48,377 bases of DNA from an uncultured Acidobacteriota bacterium. GTDB lineage: Bacteria > Acidobacteriota > Vicinamibacteria > Vicinamibacterales > UBA8438. The notes beneath the pieces are model-generated. The model did no database searches, was not told the DNA's origin, and worked only from the letters and a program-made list of their open reading frames with translations. Where the stretch lies: contig CAJWLU010000025.1 in NCBI GenBank assembly GCA_913043225.1, positions 1 to 48,377 on the forward strand. Direction: 5' to 3'. Position 1 is the first letter of the stretch. Every line of letters begins with the position of its first letter. Positions 27,390 through 36,700 of the stretch are shown here, piece after piece. The translations under genes and the position numbers were made by a program.

Positions 27390-28703
27390 ATGGAAGAGTC
27401 TCGCGAGTTTGGGTTCGTCACCCGGCAAGTACACGCCGGCCAGCGTCCAGACCCCAACACCGGCGCTCGGGCGGTGCCGATCTACCAGACCACGAGCTAC
27501 GTGTTCGAGGATCCCGAGTCGGCGGCCGCGTACTTCAACCTGCAAGAGTACGGCAACACTTACTCCCGCATCATGAACCCGACGGTGGCGGTCTTCGAAG
27601 AGCGGATGGCCAGTCTCGAGGGAGGGTGCGGCGCGGTGGCCTTCGCGAGTGGCATCGCGGGCCAGGCGGCGGCGTTGTTCACGCTCCTCCAGCCGGGCGA
27701 TCACGTCGTCTCGTCATCTGCCCTCTACGGAGGATCCGTAAACCAGCTCAAGCACTACCTGCAGAAGATGTCGGTGGAGTTGACCTGGGTCGATCCAGAT
27801 GATCCGGACGCCTGGCGGGGCGCCGTGCGGGACAACACCAAGGCGTTCTACGGGGAGACCATCGGCAACCCCGGTGGCAACGTCCTCGACATCGAGACTA
27901 TCGCCGGTATCGCCCACGAACATGGTGCGCCGCTGCTCGTGGACAACACCTTTGCCACGCCGTATCTCTGCCGTCCGATCGAGTGGGGGGCGGATATCGT
28001 GCTGCACTCGGCCACGAAGTTCATCGGGGGGCATGGCACCAGCATCGGCGGGGTCGTGGTGGAGTCGGGAGATTTCAACTGGTCCAACGGGCGATTTCCC
28101 GTGATCGCCGACCCGTCACCGGCCTATCACGGGCTGCAATTTCACGAGACGTTCGGGACCTACGGCTATCTGATGAAGCTGCGTGCTGAGACGCTCCGCG
28201 ACCTGGGCGCCGCGATGAGTCCGTTCAACGCGTTTCTCTTTCTTCAGGGGCTCGAGACTTTGTCGCTCCGGATGAACCGGCACGTCGAGAACGCGCGGGC
28301 GGTAGCTGCCTTCCTGGAGGGGCATACCGAGGCGTCCAACATCACCTACCCGGGGCTCGATGCCAGCCGCTATCGGCGATTGGTAGAGAAGTATCTGCCC
28401 GGCGGCTGCGGCGCCGTGTTTTCGTTCGATCTGCCGGGTGGTCGCGAGGCTGGTCAGGCGTTCATCCGAGGGGTCTCGCTCTGGTCGCATCTGGCGAACG
28501 TGGGCGACGTCAAGAGCCTGATCATCCATCCGGCCAGCACCACGCACCGGCAGCTCAGTGACGACGAGCTGCAGGCCGCGGGAGTTGGCCCGGGGACCAT
28601 CCGGCTCTCGGTCGGTATCGAAGATGCGGACGATCTGATCTGGGACCTGGAACAGGGGTTTGCCGCGGTGACGGCCGCCGCCGGGTCGGAGGTGAACCTA
28701 TGA
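27390..28703 (+). CDS. metY: O-acetylhomoserine aminocarboxypropyltransferase / sulfhydrylase (MetY)
   Basis: PIYQTTSY, YSRIMNPT, DNTFATP, HSATKFIGGHG (PLP lysine), HLANVGD..SLIIHPASTTH; AGGAG RBS. Confidence 0.95.
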   Translation: MEESREFGFVTRQVHAGQRPDPNTGARAVPIYQTTSYVFEDPESAAAYFNLQEYGNTYSRIMNPTVAVFEERMASLEGGCGAVAFASGIAGQAAALFTLLQPGDHVVSSSALYGGSVNQLKHYLQKMSVELTWVDPDDPDAWRGAVRDNTKAFYGETIGNPGGNVLDIETIAGIAHEHGAPLLVDNTFATPYLCRPIEWGADIVLHSATKFIGGHGTSIGGVVVESGDFNWSNGRFPVIADPSPAYHGLQFHETFGTYGYLMKLRAETLRDLGAAMSPFNAFLFLQGLETLSLRMNRHVENARAVAAFLEGHTEASNITYPGLDASRYRRLVEKYLPGGCGAVFSFDLPGGREAGQAFIRGVSLWSHLANVGDVKSLIIHPASTTHRQLSDDELQAAGVGPGTIRLSVGIEDADDLIWDLEQGFAAVTAAAGSEVNL

Positions 28704-29188
28704 ACGGGTTTGATCTCGAGCGCTATCAGGATCCGGCGACCATCCAGCGGGTGCTCAACAACGCCAGAACGGTGGCCATTGTGGGGCTCTCGAAGAAGGA
28801 GCTGCGCGCCAGCTATTTCGTGGGCTTTTATCTGCGCCGGCATGGCTACACTGTGATTCCTGTCAACCCGCGCGAGCAGAAGATCCTCGGTGAGACCAGC
28901 TACGCCAGCCTAACTGAGGTGCCTAGTCAGGTCGACATCGTGAATGTGTTCCGGGCACCAGACGCGTTGCCCGCGATTGCCCGTGACGCGGTGGCGATCG
29001 GTGCTGGCAATCTCTGGTGCCAATTCGGTGTGGTCAACGAAGAGGGGGCTGGAATCGCCGAGGATGGCGGCGTCTCGGTGGTGATGGACCGCTGCATCAA
29101 GGTCGAGCACGCCCGCTACGTCGGACGGATGCACTGGCTGGGCTTCAACACCCAGCGCATCACATCCGTCCGAGGTGGTCTCCAGTAG
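28700..29188 (+). CDS. CoA-binding protein (YccU-like)
   Basis: TVAIVGLS...RAS, GYTVIPVNP, DIVNVFR, WCQFG, VMDRCIKVEH; ATGA overlap with metY. Confidence 0.9.
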   Translation: MNGFDLERYQDPATIQRVLNNARTVAIVGLSKKELRASYFVGFYLRRHGYTVIPVNPREQKILGETSYASLTEVPSQVDIVNVFRAPDALPAIARDAVAIGAGNLWCQFGVVNEEGAGIAEDGGVSVVMDRCIKVEHARYVGRMHWLGFNTQRITSVRGGLQ

Positions 29189-29198
29189 CCCTGGCTGG

Positions 29199-29702
29199 CT
29201 AGCTGTTCACCACGGCCTTCGCCGCGTCGTAGTTCGGTTCCTGCACGATCTCGGGCACCTGTTCGGTGTAGGTGACCTTGCCGTCGCCGTTGATCACGAC
29301 CACTGCGCGCGCGAGCAGACCCGTCAGGGGACCGTCGGTGATGGTCACGCCGTAGTCACTCCCGAAGCTGTCGTTGCGGAAGACAGAACAGGAGGTCACG
29401 TTTTCCAAGCCCTCGGCTTCGCAGAACCGCCCATGTGCGAACGGCAGATCGGCCGAGACGCAGAGCACAACCGTGTTCTCCATGCCGTTCAGATCGGCGT
29501 TGAAATGCTTGGTCGAGAGGGCGCAGATCCCAGTATCCACGCTGGGGTAGATGTTGAGCACGACCGTCTTACCCGCGTAGTCGGACAGGTTGGTCTCCGA
29601 AAGATCGGTCTTCACGAGGGTGAACGCAGGCGCGTCCGAACCAACGTCGGGGAGTGAGCCGACCGTATTGATAGGGTTACCTTTTAGAGTGATCTGAGCC
29701 AC
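29199..29702 (-). CDS. tpx: Thiol peroxidase Tpx
   Basis: QITLKGNP, YPSVDTGIC, SADLPFA..RFC, LLARAV, EPNY; GTG start with GGAGG RBS. Confidence 0.95.
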   Translation of the reverse strand: MAQITLKGNPINTVGSLPDVGSDAPAFTLVKTDLSETNLSDYAGKTVVLNIYPSVDTGICALSTKHFNADLNGMENTVVLCVSADLPFAHGRFCEAEGLENVTSCSVFRNDSFGSDYGVTITDGPLTGLLARAVVVINGDGKVTYTEQVPEIVQEPNYDAAKAVVNS

Positions 29703-29817
29703 AACGAACCTCCGCAAGTAAGGAGTATCTGAGTGAACGGCGGACTATAGACAATAGCTCTCCGCAAGTCTAGCGCTTCCACGGGGCGTCGCCCCAAACC
29801 CTACGGGAGGAGAGTGG

Positions 29818-30010
29818 CCCCCGTCGCCGGCAGTTCCGCTTTATAGGACTACTTGGCAGCCCTGCGGCATGTGTCCGGACTGCTCCACGCCACCCCGTAG
29901 ACCAGCACCAATAAGCGCAGCGTTGGCTTGAGCCAAACCTTGATCTCTCGGTTTGGCCCTGCGCATCAGTGAGGCTGGTCGTTTAGTAGCCTGCCGATCC
30001 ATCCAGGGGG
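29818..30010 (-). ncRNA. Candidate structured RNA (or hairpin DNA element) of unknown class
   Basis: Nested helices found by eye. Several pair fully only on the minus strand via G-U: GGCUACU/AGUAGUC, CACUGAU/AUUGGUG, GUGGCGUG/CAUGCCGC. Also GACCAG/CUGGUC, GCGCAG/CUGCGC and GCCAAACC/GGUUUGGC with a possible GAGA tetraloop. Confidence 0.4.
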
Positions 30011-30469
30011 TTATGGTTCGACGAAGTGAAAGTCGGCTGGGCCGTCGCGCCGAGCTAGCAGCACGACATCATCTTCCGGCGGCACAATCCAGGTGTGATG
30101 GATCTTGCCGGGGATGATGATGTAGCTCCCGGCCGTCGCGGTGTACCGTTCGCCGGCCATGATAAGGAAGACCGAGCCTTCGAGGATCATTACGGTCTCG
30201 GTATGCGTGTGCCAGTGCATCTCGAATTCGCTACCAGCCGGAAATCGGGCGAGGTAGGTCGGTCCGTCGGTGGCTGGGTCAGTGGCCACCGGTGCGTTCC
30301 GTAGACCGGCTGGAAACCGCGGCTGGTTGCTCGGCGGACCCCACTCGGCATCTTGCCAGTTCATCACCAACGGCTCCTGCGCCGCCGGTTCCTGGGTCAC
30401 GGCGGGGACTCCGAGTCCCATCCAGATCAATCCGAGGGTAAGCGTCCAGCTTGATCGTGGTCTATGCAT
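30011..30469 (-). CDS. Exported cupin-domain protein (DUF4437-like)
   Basis: Signal peptide; RFPAG..FEMHWHTHTE..ILEG, GSYIIIPGKIHH; GAGGAG RBS before ATG 30469. Confidence 0.85.
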   Translation of the reverse strand: MHRPRSSWTLTLGLIWMGLGVPAVTQEPAAQEPLVMNWQDAEWGPPSNQPRFPAGLRNAPVATDPATDGPTYLARFPAGSEFEMHWHTHTETVMILEGSVFLIMAGERYTATAGSYIIIPGKIHHTWIVPPEDDVVLLARRDGPADFHFVEP

Positions 30470-30560
30470 CTCGCTCCTCGTGTCCGCGGTTGCCCCTGCC
30501 AAGACGGTCATTGTACGCGCCGGCCCGTGAGACACTGCTTCCACGACACTGTTGGTGCTG

Positions 30561-31571
30561 ATGTCCTTGTCGTCGCGTGCGGAGTATCGCTGGCTGCTGG
30601 CCCTCTTCGTCTCGGTGGTCGGTGTTCCCATGGCGGTGGCGCAGGAGGCGTCCTACCCGGGGTTCGTGATGGGCAACAGCTCGCCGCTGTCGGCCCTTAT
30701 CGGAACCCCGGGACGCTGGGCGACGTCGTCCGATACCGGGTGGGATCTCACTTGGCGGCTCTCCAGTCATGCCTACGGTGAGTCCAACGACCGGGAGACG
30801 CTTTTGCTCGACGGCGAGACCCACACAGTCTTCGCCCGGTGGCGCGGACGTCTCAGCGGACGCTTGAGCATCGGCGTCGAGGTGCCGTGGGTCACGCACA
30901 GCGGCGGCTTTCTCGACCCGCTCATCGATGGGTGGCACGACTTCTTCAACCTGCGGGAGAGCATCCGACCCGACATGCCGCAGGGCCAGCTGCACTACGT
31001 CTACGTGGTCGAGGATATGGACCGGCTGAGCTTCGGCGAGCCCACGTCGGCCCTGGGCGACGTGGGGGTCCAGGCGGGCCTGAGACTAGTCGACGGCAGC
31101 GGTGATGGGCTCGGGCGGTGGTCCTGGACGCTCGTGTTGTCGGTGGACGTTCCGACCGGCCGGCTCTCGACCCTCACTGGCAACGAGGAGTTCGACTACG
31201 GTCTTGGTCTCAGGACCGGGTCTCCGGCCCGGTCGACCAGCCGACTGCGTTGGTGGCTCGATGCCGGCGTCGTGGTCCCGGGCGACGTTGCCATCGATGG
31301 GCTCAGCACCGTGTCGACTGTGCCCTACCTCGATGTGGCCTTTAGCTGGCGCGTGGCCGACTCGTTCGAGTTACTCGCCGATGTGGCGGGCAGCGGTCCA
31401 CTCTATCGGGGGAAGCTGCGGATGCTGGCGGACGGACCCGTGCAGCTCGGCGCCGGATTCCTGTGGAAGCTGTCCGACCGCTACAGCCTCAGGATGGGCG
31501 TGCTCGAAGACCTGCGTCCGGATACCGCCGAGGATTTCTCCGCCGAGTTTGCCCTGGTCATCGCCCGATGA
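30561..31571 (+). CDS. DUF3187-like outer-membrane beta-barrel protein
   Basis: Signal peptide; LLLDGET, VPWVTHSGGFLDPLIDGWHDFF, GDV, PTG...LTGN, EDL...TAEDFS. Start uncertain (30552 or 30561). Confidence 0.7.
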   Translation: MSLSSRAEYRWLLALFVSVVGVPMAVAQEASYPGFVMGNSSPLSALIGTPGRWATSSDTGWDLTWRLSSHAYGESNDRETLLLDGETHTVFARWRGRLSGRLSIGVEVPWVTHSGGFLDPLIDGWHDFFNLRESIRPDMPQGQLHYVYVVEDMDRLSFGEPTSALGDVGVQAGLRLVDGSGDGLGRWSWTLVLSVDVPTGRLSTLTGNEEFDYGLGLRTGSPARSTSRLRWWLDAGVVVPGDVAIDGLSTVSTVPYLDVAFSWRVADSFELLADVAGSGPLYRGKLRMLADGPVQLGAGFLWKLSDRYSLRMGVLEDLRPDTAEDFSAEFALVIAR

Positions 31572-31575
31572 TGCC

Positions 31576-32982
31576 CTAGCGCCGCAGAATCAGGCGGTCG
31601 AGTTCGTCCGAGGTCACCTCCCGGTAGCTGGCGGCCCGGACCAGGAAGAACAGCAGCCCGAGTGCCAGCCAGGCGGCTAGCGCGGCCCAGGAGGGCGCGC
31701 CCATGAACCCCGGCATCGCCGGCACTGTCAGCAGCAGTACGAATCCAACCGAGAGCAGCAGGCCGGCCCACGCCCAGCCACGGTCTGCCTGGGTCACACT
31801 GGACGCCCCGTCCCGGAGACGGGCCGCGGCCAGGCACGTATAGCCGTAGCCGAAGGCCGTACCCAGCGCCGCCATGTCCACCACCCAGACGATCACCTCG
31901 CGTCCGAACCAGGGGGCGACCAGTGACACCGTCCCTACGAACAACACGGCGTTGACCGGAGTGTGATGGGTCGGGTGGATCTGGGCGAACCAGAGTGGGA
32001 GAAGCCTGGCGCGCGCCATGCCGAACAGCAGCCGGCTCGACGCCATGAAGAACCCGTTGATTCCGGTGAACACCGCCATCGTGACAGACAATGCCAGGAT
32101 GGCCAGCCCTGGAGTGCCCAGGCTTGTCCGCACGGCGTCTCCCGTCGCCCAGAGCGGAGCGCTGCTCACGAGCGTCTGCCACGGTGACACGCTGGCGGTG
32201 GCCAGGATCATCAGGGCGTACATCACTGCTCCGGCGCCGATCGACCAGGCCATCAGCCGGAATCCTTGCCTCGGGGCAAAGTCGAACTCCTCAGCCGCCT
32301 GGGGCAACGTGTCGAAGCCGACATAAAGGAACGGGGCGATGGCCAGCATCGCGAGCACTCCGGCGAGCGGAGCCCGCTCTAGTGAGAAGACCGGCGTTAG
32401 GTTGTCGACCGACGCTGTCGCCGACAACGGTGTGCCTATGCCGATCAGTAGCACCGCTCCCACGAGTACGGCCGTCAGCCCGACCTGGAGTCGTCCGACG
32501 TCGTGCGCCCCTCGCGTCTGGAGAAACGCGATGCCACCGATTGCCGCGCTGGCGAGCAGCACCTCGCCCGCGAATACGTCGAAGCCGGCCACGGTGTACA
32601 GGTACCCGCGCGCGAAGAGCTGCGGAGCCACGAACTTACCCAGCATACCGAGCGCGGTGGCATTGAGTGGGACGATGCTCAGATACCCGAGTGCTAGGAA
32701 CCAGCCACAGAGATAAGCGTGATAGCGCCCGGCCGTCTGATAGGCGTAGGCGAATTCGGCGCCGGCTACGGGGAAGTTACGGACCATCACCCCGTAGCTT
32801 CGGGTGATGACGAGCATCGCGAGGCCACCCAGTCCGACGCCCAGCATCGCACCGAGGGGTCCGGCGTCTGAGAGAAAATCGCCGGGCAGCACGAAGCAGC
32901 CGAACCCGATAATGCACCCGAGCGCGAGCGCGCCGACCTCGAGCGGCTTGAGGACGCGGCTCAACTCGGGGCGGGTGGTCAT
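31576..32982 (-). CDS. APC family amino acid/amine permease
   Basis: GCIIGFG, FPVAGAEFAY, YVGFDTLPQAAEE, SSRLLFGMAR, HPTHHTP; about 12 TM segments. Confidence 0.92.
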   Translation of the reverse strand: MTTRPELSRVLKPLEVGALALGCIIGFGCFVLPGDFLSDAGPLGAMLGVGLGGLAMLVITRSYGVMVRNFPVAGAEFAYAYQTAGRYHAYLCGWFLALGYLSIVPLNATALGMLGKFVAPQLFARGYLYTVAGFDVFAGEVLLASAAIGGIAFLQTRGAHDVGRLQVGLTAVLVGAVLLIGIGTPLSATASVDNLTPVFSLERAPLAGVLAMLAIAPFLYVGFDTLPQAAEEFDFAPRQGFRLMAWSIGAGAVMYALMILATASVSPWQTLVSSAPLWATGDAVRTSLGTPGLAILALSVTMAVFTGINGFFMASSRLLFGMARARLLPLWFAQIHPTHHTPVNAVLFVGTVSLVAPWFGREVIVWVVDMAALGTAFGYGYTCLAAARLRDGASSVTQADRGWAWAGLLLSVGFVLLLTVPAMPGFMGAPSWAALAAWLALGLLFFLVRAASYREVTSDELDRLILRR

Positions 32983-33013
32983 AGGCCTGGACCGCGCGAC
33001 GAGCACCTGGCTC

Positions 33014-34723
33014 TCATCCGCTCAACGCACGGTACTTCTCTAGCAGCCTGGTTGGCTTCGGCTTGAATGCATCGCGACGGAACGGCGCCGCAAGCGTCTG
33101 ACTCAGTCGCAAGGTGAGCACCGTGGGGCGGTTCGACGCGATGGCGGCCCGCAGCGCGTCTCCAACCTGATCCAGATGTTCCACCCGAACGCCATCGGCG
33201 CCCATGGCTCGGGCGACGGCGGAGAAGTCGGGGTTCTCGAGGTTGGTGGCCACTTCGCGTCCATCGAAGAAGTCCAGCTGGTTCCGCTTCTCGGCGCCCC
33301 ACTGCTGATTGTCGAAGACGACTGCGACGACCGGTATCCGTTCTCGAACACACGTCATCGTCTCGGCAAGGCTCATACCCCAGGCGCCCTCACCGACATA
33401 GGCGACAGCCGGCCGGTCGGGCGCGGCCACTTTGGCCCCGATGGCGGCTGGGAAGGCGTAGCCGCAGTTGCCCCAGCTCATAGCGGCCAGGAAGCTGGGG
33501 GCGTGGTCGAATGTCAGATAGCTGTTGGCCGTGGAACAAACGTTGCCGATGTCGGTCGAGACCATCGCGTCGGCCGGCATCGCCTTCTGTAGTTCGCTCA
33601 GCGCCGCTCGCGGGTCGATCCGGCCCCCTTCGGATGGGCCGGTCTCGGCGGCGAGCTCGGCCGCCCAGCCCCCTTTCGTGGCTGCGAGCCGGGCCAGTCG
33701 GTCGTCGTCGGGGCGCGGTGCATCCGCCTGATTAAGTCGGGTGAGCAGCGCCTCGGCGGCGAGCCCGGCGTCGGCCCGGATGCCCAGCGCGATCGGCTTG
33801 ACCAGGCCCAGCACACGGGGATCGGCGTCGACCTGAATGACCTGGGCCTCGCCGGTCCAGTAGTCGATGCCGTGCTGGGGCAGCGTCCCGAAGGGGCCGA
33901 GTCGGCTGCCGAGAGCCAGCACCACATCGGCCTCGGCCAGACATTGCATGGCCGCCTTCGAGCCTTGATAGCCGAGCGGTCCGCAGGCGAGCGGATGACT
34001 GGCCGGGAACGCGTCGTTGTGCAGGTAGCTGGTGACGACCGGACACCCGAGGCGCTCAGCCAGCCGGCGAGTCGCCTCGATGCCGTCGCCCATCACCAGA
34101 CCGCCGCCAGCGATGATCACGGGGCGCGTACTACCGGCCAGCAACTCCGCTGCGCGGTCGAGCGAGGCCGCCCCGCCGGCGCTTCGCTCGATCGGCTGGG
34201 GTGAGGGGATCGTCGTTTCGAGCTCGCCGTAGAAATAGTCCCGTGGGATGTTCACCTGCACCGGGCCACGTTCGTCGAGCGCGATCGTCATCGCCCGATG
34301 GGTCAGCTCGGCAATCCGCGTCGGGCTGTTCACATGCACCTGATACCGCGTGATCTTCGAGAAGATCGGCATCTGGTCTGTTTCCTGAAAGCCACCCAGT
34401 CCTGCCGTCGTGCTGCCAGCCTCTGGTGTGATGGCCACGACGGGGGAATGGGCCCAGTAGGCGGCGGCGATTGCCGTTACGAAGTTGGTAACGCCCGGAC
34501 CGTTCTGCGCGATGCAGACGCCGTGGCGGTTGGTGATCCGGGAGTAGCCATCGGCCATGTGGGCGGCGTTCTGCTCGTGGGCCACCGACACGAGCCGGAT
34601 TCCGGCTAGTGGAAACAGATCCATCGCGTCCATGTAGGCGGATCCGGCGATACCGAACGCAGTGTTCACGCCGTGGGCGACAAGGGTTTCGACGAAGGCT
34701 TCGCTCGACGTCATGCGGGTCAT
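33014..34723 (-). CDS. xsc: Sulfoacetaldehyde acetyltransferase (ThDP-dependent)
   Basis: Xsc-like motifs EAFVETL, GSAYMD..DLFP.AGIR, AHEQ, AQNGPGVTNFVT, AYWAHSP, SYLHNDAFP, GPLGYQGSKAAM, TDIGN, GNCGY, WGAEKRNQ. Confidence 0.9.
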   Translation of the reverse strand: MTRMTSSEAFVETLVAHGVNTAFGIAGSAYMDAMDLFPLAGIRLVSVAHEQNAAHMADGYSRITNRHGVCIAQNGPGVTNFVTAIAAAYWAHSPVVAITPEAGSTTAGLGGFQETDQMPIFSKITRYQVHVNSPTRIAELTHRAMTIALDERGPVQVNIPRDYFYGELETTIPSPQPIERSAGGAASLDRAAELLAGSTRPVIIAGGGLVMGDGIEATRRLAERLGCPVVTSYLHNDAFPASHPLACGPLGYQGSKAAMQCLAEADVVLALGSRLGPFGTLPQHGIDYWTGEAQVIQVDADPRVLGLVKPIALGIRADAGLAAEALLTRLNQADAPRPDDDRLARLAATKGGWAAELAAETGPSEGGRIDPRAALSELQKAMPADAMVSTDIGNVCSTANSYLTFDHAPSFLAAMSWGNCGYAFPAAIGAKVAAPDRPAVAYVGEGAWGMSLAETMTCVRERIPVVAVVFDNQQWGAEKRNQLDFFDGREVATNLENPDFSAVARAMGADGVRVEHLDQVGDALRAAIASNRPTVLTLRLSQTLAAPFRRDAFKPKPTRLLEKYRALSG

Positions 34724-36021
34724 CGGTTGTCCTCTCGCAAGCCGGACGGGAGTCGCGGCGAGGCTAGAAGCTCCGCGAACGTCTCCCAGTGGCCGCCCGG
34801 GGTCCCGGCGCTCTGACGTTCCACGTAGTCGGCGACCAGGTCCTTTCCCAGGTTGTAGTTAATGACGTAGCTCCGGTACTTGTCGAAGAAGCGTGTCCGC
34901 TGTTCGGCCCGTTCCGGCGCCATCATGGCGTAGCGGCTGAGCCAGTCGGCCGCGGCCGCTCGGTCGATTTCGTCATTCAGGTAACGGCGCGCCGCTTCGT
35001 TGCCGGCGTAGTCGAGTTGGGCTACCAGCGCCTGGACTCCGTAGTACTCTTCGACCCGCGAGACATCCAGGCCGGCTGCTGGGAACAGCACGTCTTGCTC
35101 GAACGCCAGACGCTCGGTCTCGCTGAACGCCACATCGATGCCGTAGTTGGCGGTGCCTTCGGCGATTAGCGACTGCGGGGAGAACAGGGCATAGACCGAG
35201 AACTCGGGCCATCCGCGCTCTCTCACCAGATGTCGCTCGAGCAGCACGTTGTAGACGTGGTGTCCGGGGTAGCCTTCGTGACACGCCAGGTCGATGGCGC
35301 GGTCGATGTAGATCGGCAGGTCGGTGTTGACCTGGATCAGACTCCGGAACCCGCCCTGATACCAGTTGTAGCCGCTCCAGGACTTGTCGGTGACGTACTC
35401 GACGGTGAAGCTCTCCTCCTCGGGAAGCTCGATATGCTCAAGCGTCCTGCGCCGGCACTCGGCGATGGCCGCTTCAAACACGTTATCCAGTCGGTCGAGA
35501 GGAATCGCGAATTCGCGTCGAAATAGCTGGTAGCGGTCGAAGACGGTCCCGTTCCCAGGCAGCGCGCGGTCGAGGGAGGCCAGCGCTTCCTCGAAGTACG
35601 CCTCAGAGTGTGTGGGTGCCACTGCGTCGTAGAGCGCGCGCGACTCGTCGTCGAAGGCCAGCGCCTGGCCGTTCAGGATGCGGACGCGAGACTGGAGTGA
35701 GATCAGCTGGCGCCGCAGATACTGGTGGCGGAGCCGTGTGAGCTGGTCCGCGTCGGCGGGCGGCTCGACCTCGCGGAGGGCGCCGATCAGCGCGCCGGCC
35801 CCCTCCTCGATCTGGCTGAGGTCCCATCCCTTGGACGTCTCGCGCCACTCTTCGGGGCCGTAGTACGCGTCCACGTAGTCGGCGTCGTGCTGCCCCATGG
35901 CCAGCACGAGCTTCACGTAGCGTTCAGCCAGTTCGTTCATTTGCGCTCCGGTTTGCGCCTGTCCCAGACTCACACTGACGCCAGTTAGCACTATTGCCAC
36001 CGCCGTTCCGACTCTCTTCAT
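34720..36021 (-). CDS. Exported zincin-like protein (DUF885-related)
   Basis: Signal peptide; WSGYNWYQG, HEGYPGHH metal-binding motif, AEG, YRSYVINY; ATGA overlap with xsc. Confidence 0.7.
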   Translation of the reverse strand: MKRVGTAVAIVLTGVSVSLGQAQTGAQMNELAERYVKLVLAMGQHDADYVDAYYGPEEWRETSKGWDLSQIEEGAGALIGALREVEPPADADQLTRLRHQYLRRQLISLQSRVRILNGQALAFDDESRALYDAVAPTHSEAYFEEALASLDRALPGNGTVFDRYQLFRREFAIPLDRLDNVFEAAIAECRRRTLEHIELPEEESFTVEYVTDKSWSGYNWYQGGFRSLIQVNTDLPIYIDRAIDLACHEGYPGHHVYNVLLERHLVRERGWPEFSVYALFSPQSLIAEGTANYGIDVAFSETERLAFEQDVLFPAAGLDVSRVEEYYGVQALVAQLDYAGNEAARRYLNDEIDRAAAADWLSRYAMMAPERAEQRTRFFDKYRSYVINYNLGKDLVADYVERQSAGTPGGHWETFAELLASPRLPSGLREDNR

Positions 36022-36076
36022 AGCCTTTCCAAGGCCCATGGCCCAAAGCACGGCGACGGTCACCAGGTCTTAACCC

Positions 36077-36700
36077 TTACCCCCTCGGCCTCTTTACGAC
36101 CCACGTGGTCATGCAGCGCTGGCCTTGGACGTTGGTTGTCTTGATCGGGTCCGCCAGGGCTCCGCCCAGTCGCTCGGTCAGGGTCAGCAGCTGCGATTCG
36201 TCTACGAGATAACGGTCTGACCCGTCTGGCAGATGGTAGCGACCGCTACCCAGCGAGACCACCTGGGTCTCGATGCCGATCGACGACGCGAGACGCGCGA
36301 AGAACAGTCCGGCCGGGGCGAGCACCCGCCAGAGCTCGGTCACCATCGCATTGAAGTGGGCGGGGTCTTCGGCGAAGTGGAGCACTGCCGAGCAGACCAC
36401 CAGATCGAACGAGGCGTCAGGGAACGAGAGTGACTCCAGCGTCTCGATCCGGAACTGGGTTGGCGGGAGCTCAGGGGCCAGTCGGGCCGCCAGCGCTGCA
36501 GTCTTCGCCACCGCCTCGGGCGAGCGGTCGACGGCCGACACGTCGAACCCGTGTTGTAGCAGGTAGACGAGGTTGCGACCGTGTCCGCAGCCGGCGTCGA
36601 GAACCCGCATGCCCGGTTTGACGTGCTCGCGCAGGAGTTGATCGAACAGATAGATGTCGATCCGGCCGAACTCGTCAGTGAGCTCGCCGGGCGCCGTCAT
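36077..36700 (-). CDS. Class I SAM-dependent methyltransferase
   Basis: VLDAGCGHGRN, FDLVVCSAVLHF, RVLAPAG; ATGA overlap with crcB. Confidence 0.9.
   Translation of the reverse strand: MTAPGELTDEFGRIDIYLFDQLLREHVKPGMRVLDAGCGHGRNLVYLLQHGFDVSAVDRSPEAVAKTAALAARLAPELPPTQFRIETLESLSFPDASFDLVVCSAVLHFAEDPAHFNAMVTELWRVLAPAGLFFARLASSIGIETQVVSLGSGRYHLPDGSDRYLVDESQLLTLTERLGGALADPIKTTNVQGQRCMTTWVVKRPRG

Noticed and set aside
29900..29990. Integron attC site
   Set aside because: The hairpin lacks a complementary RYYYAAC/GTTRRRY pair, and there is no integrase or cassette array.
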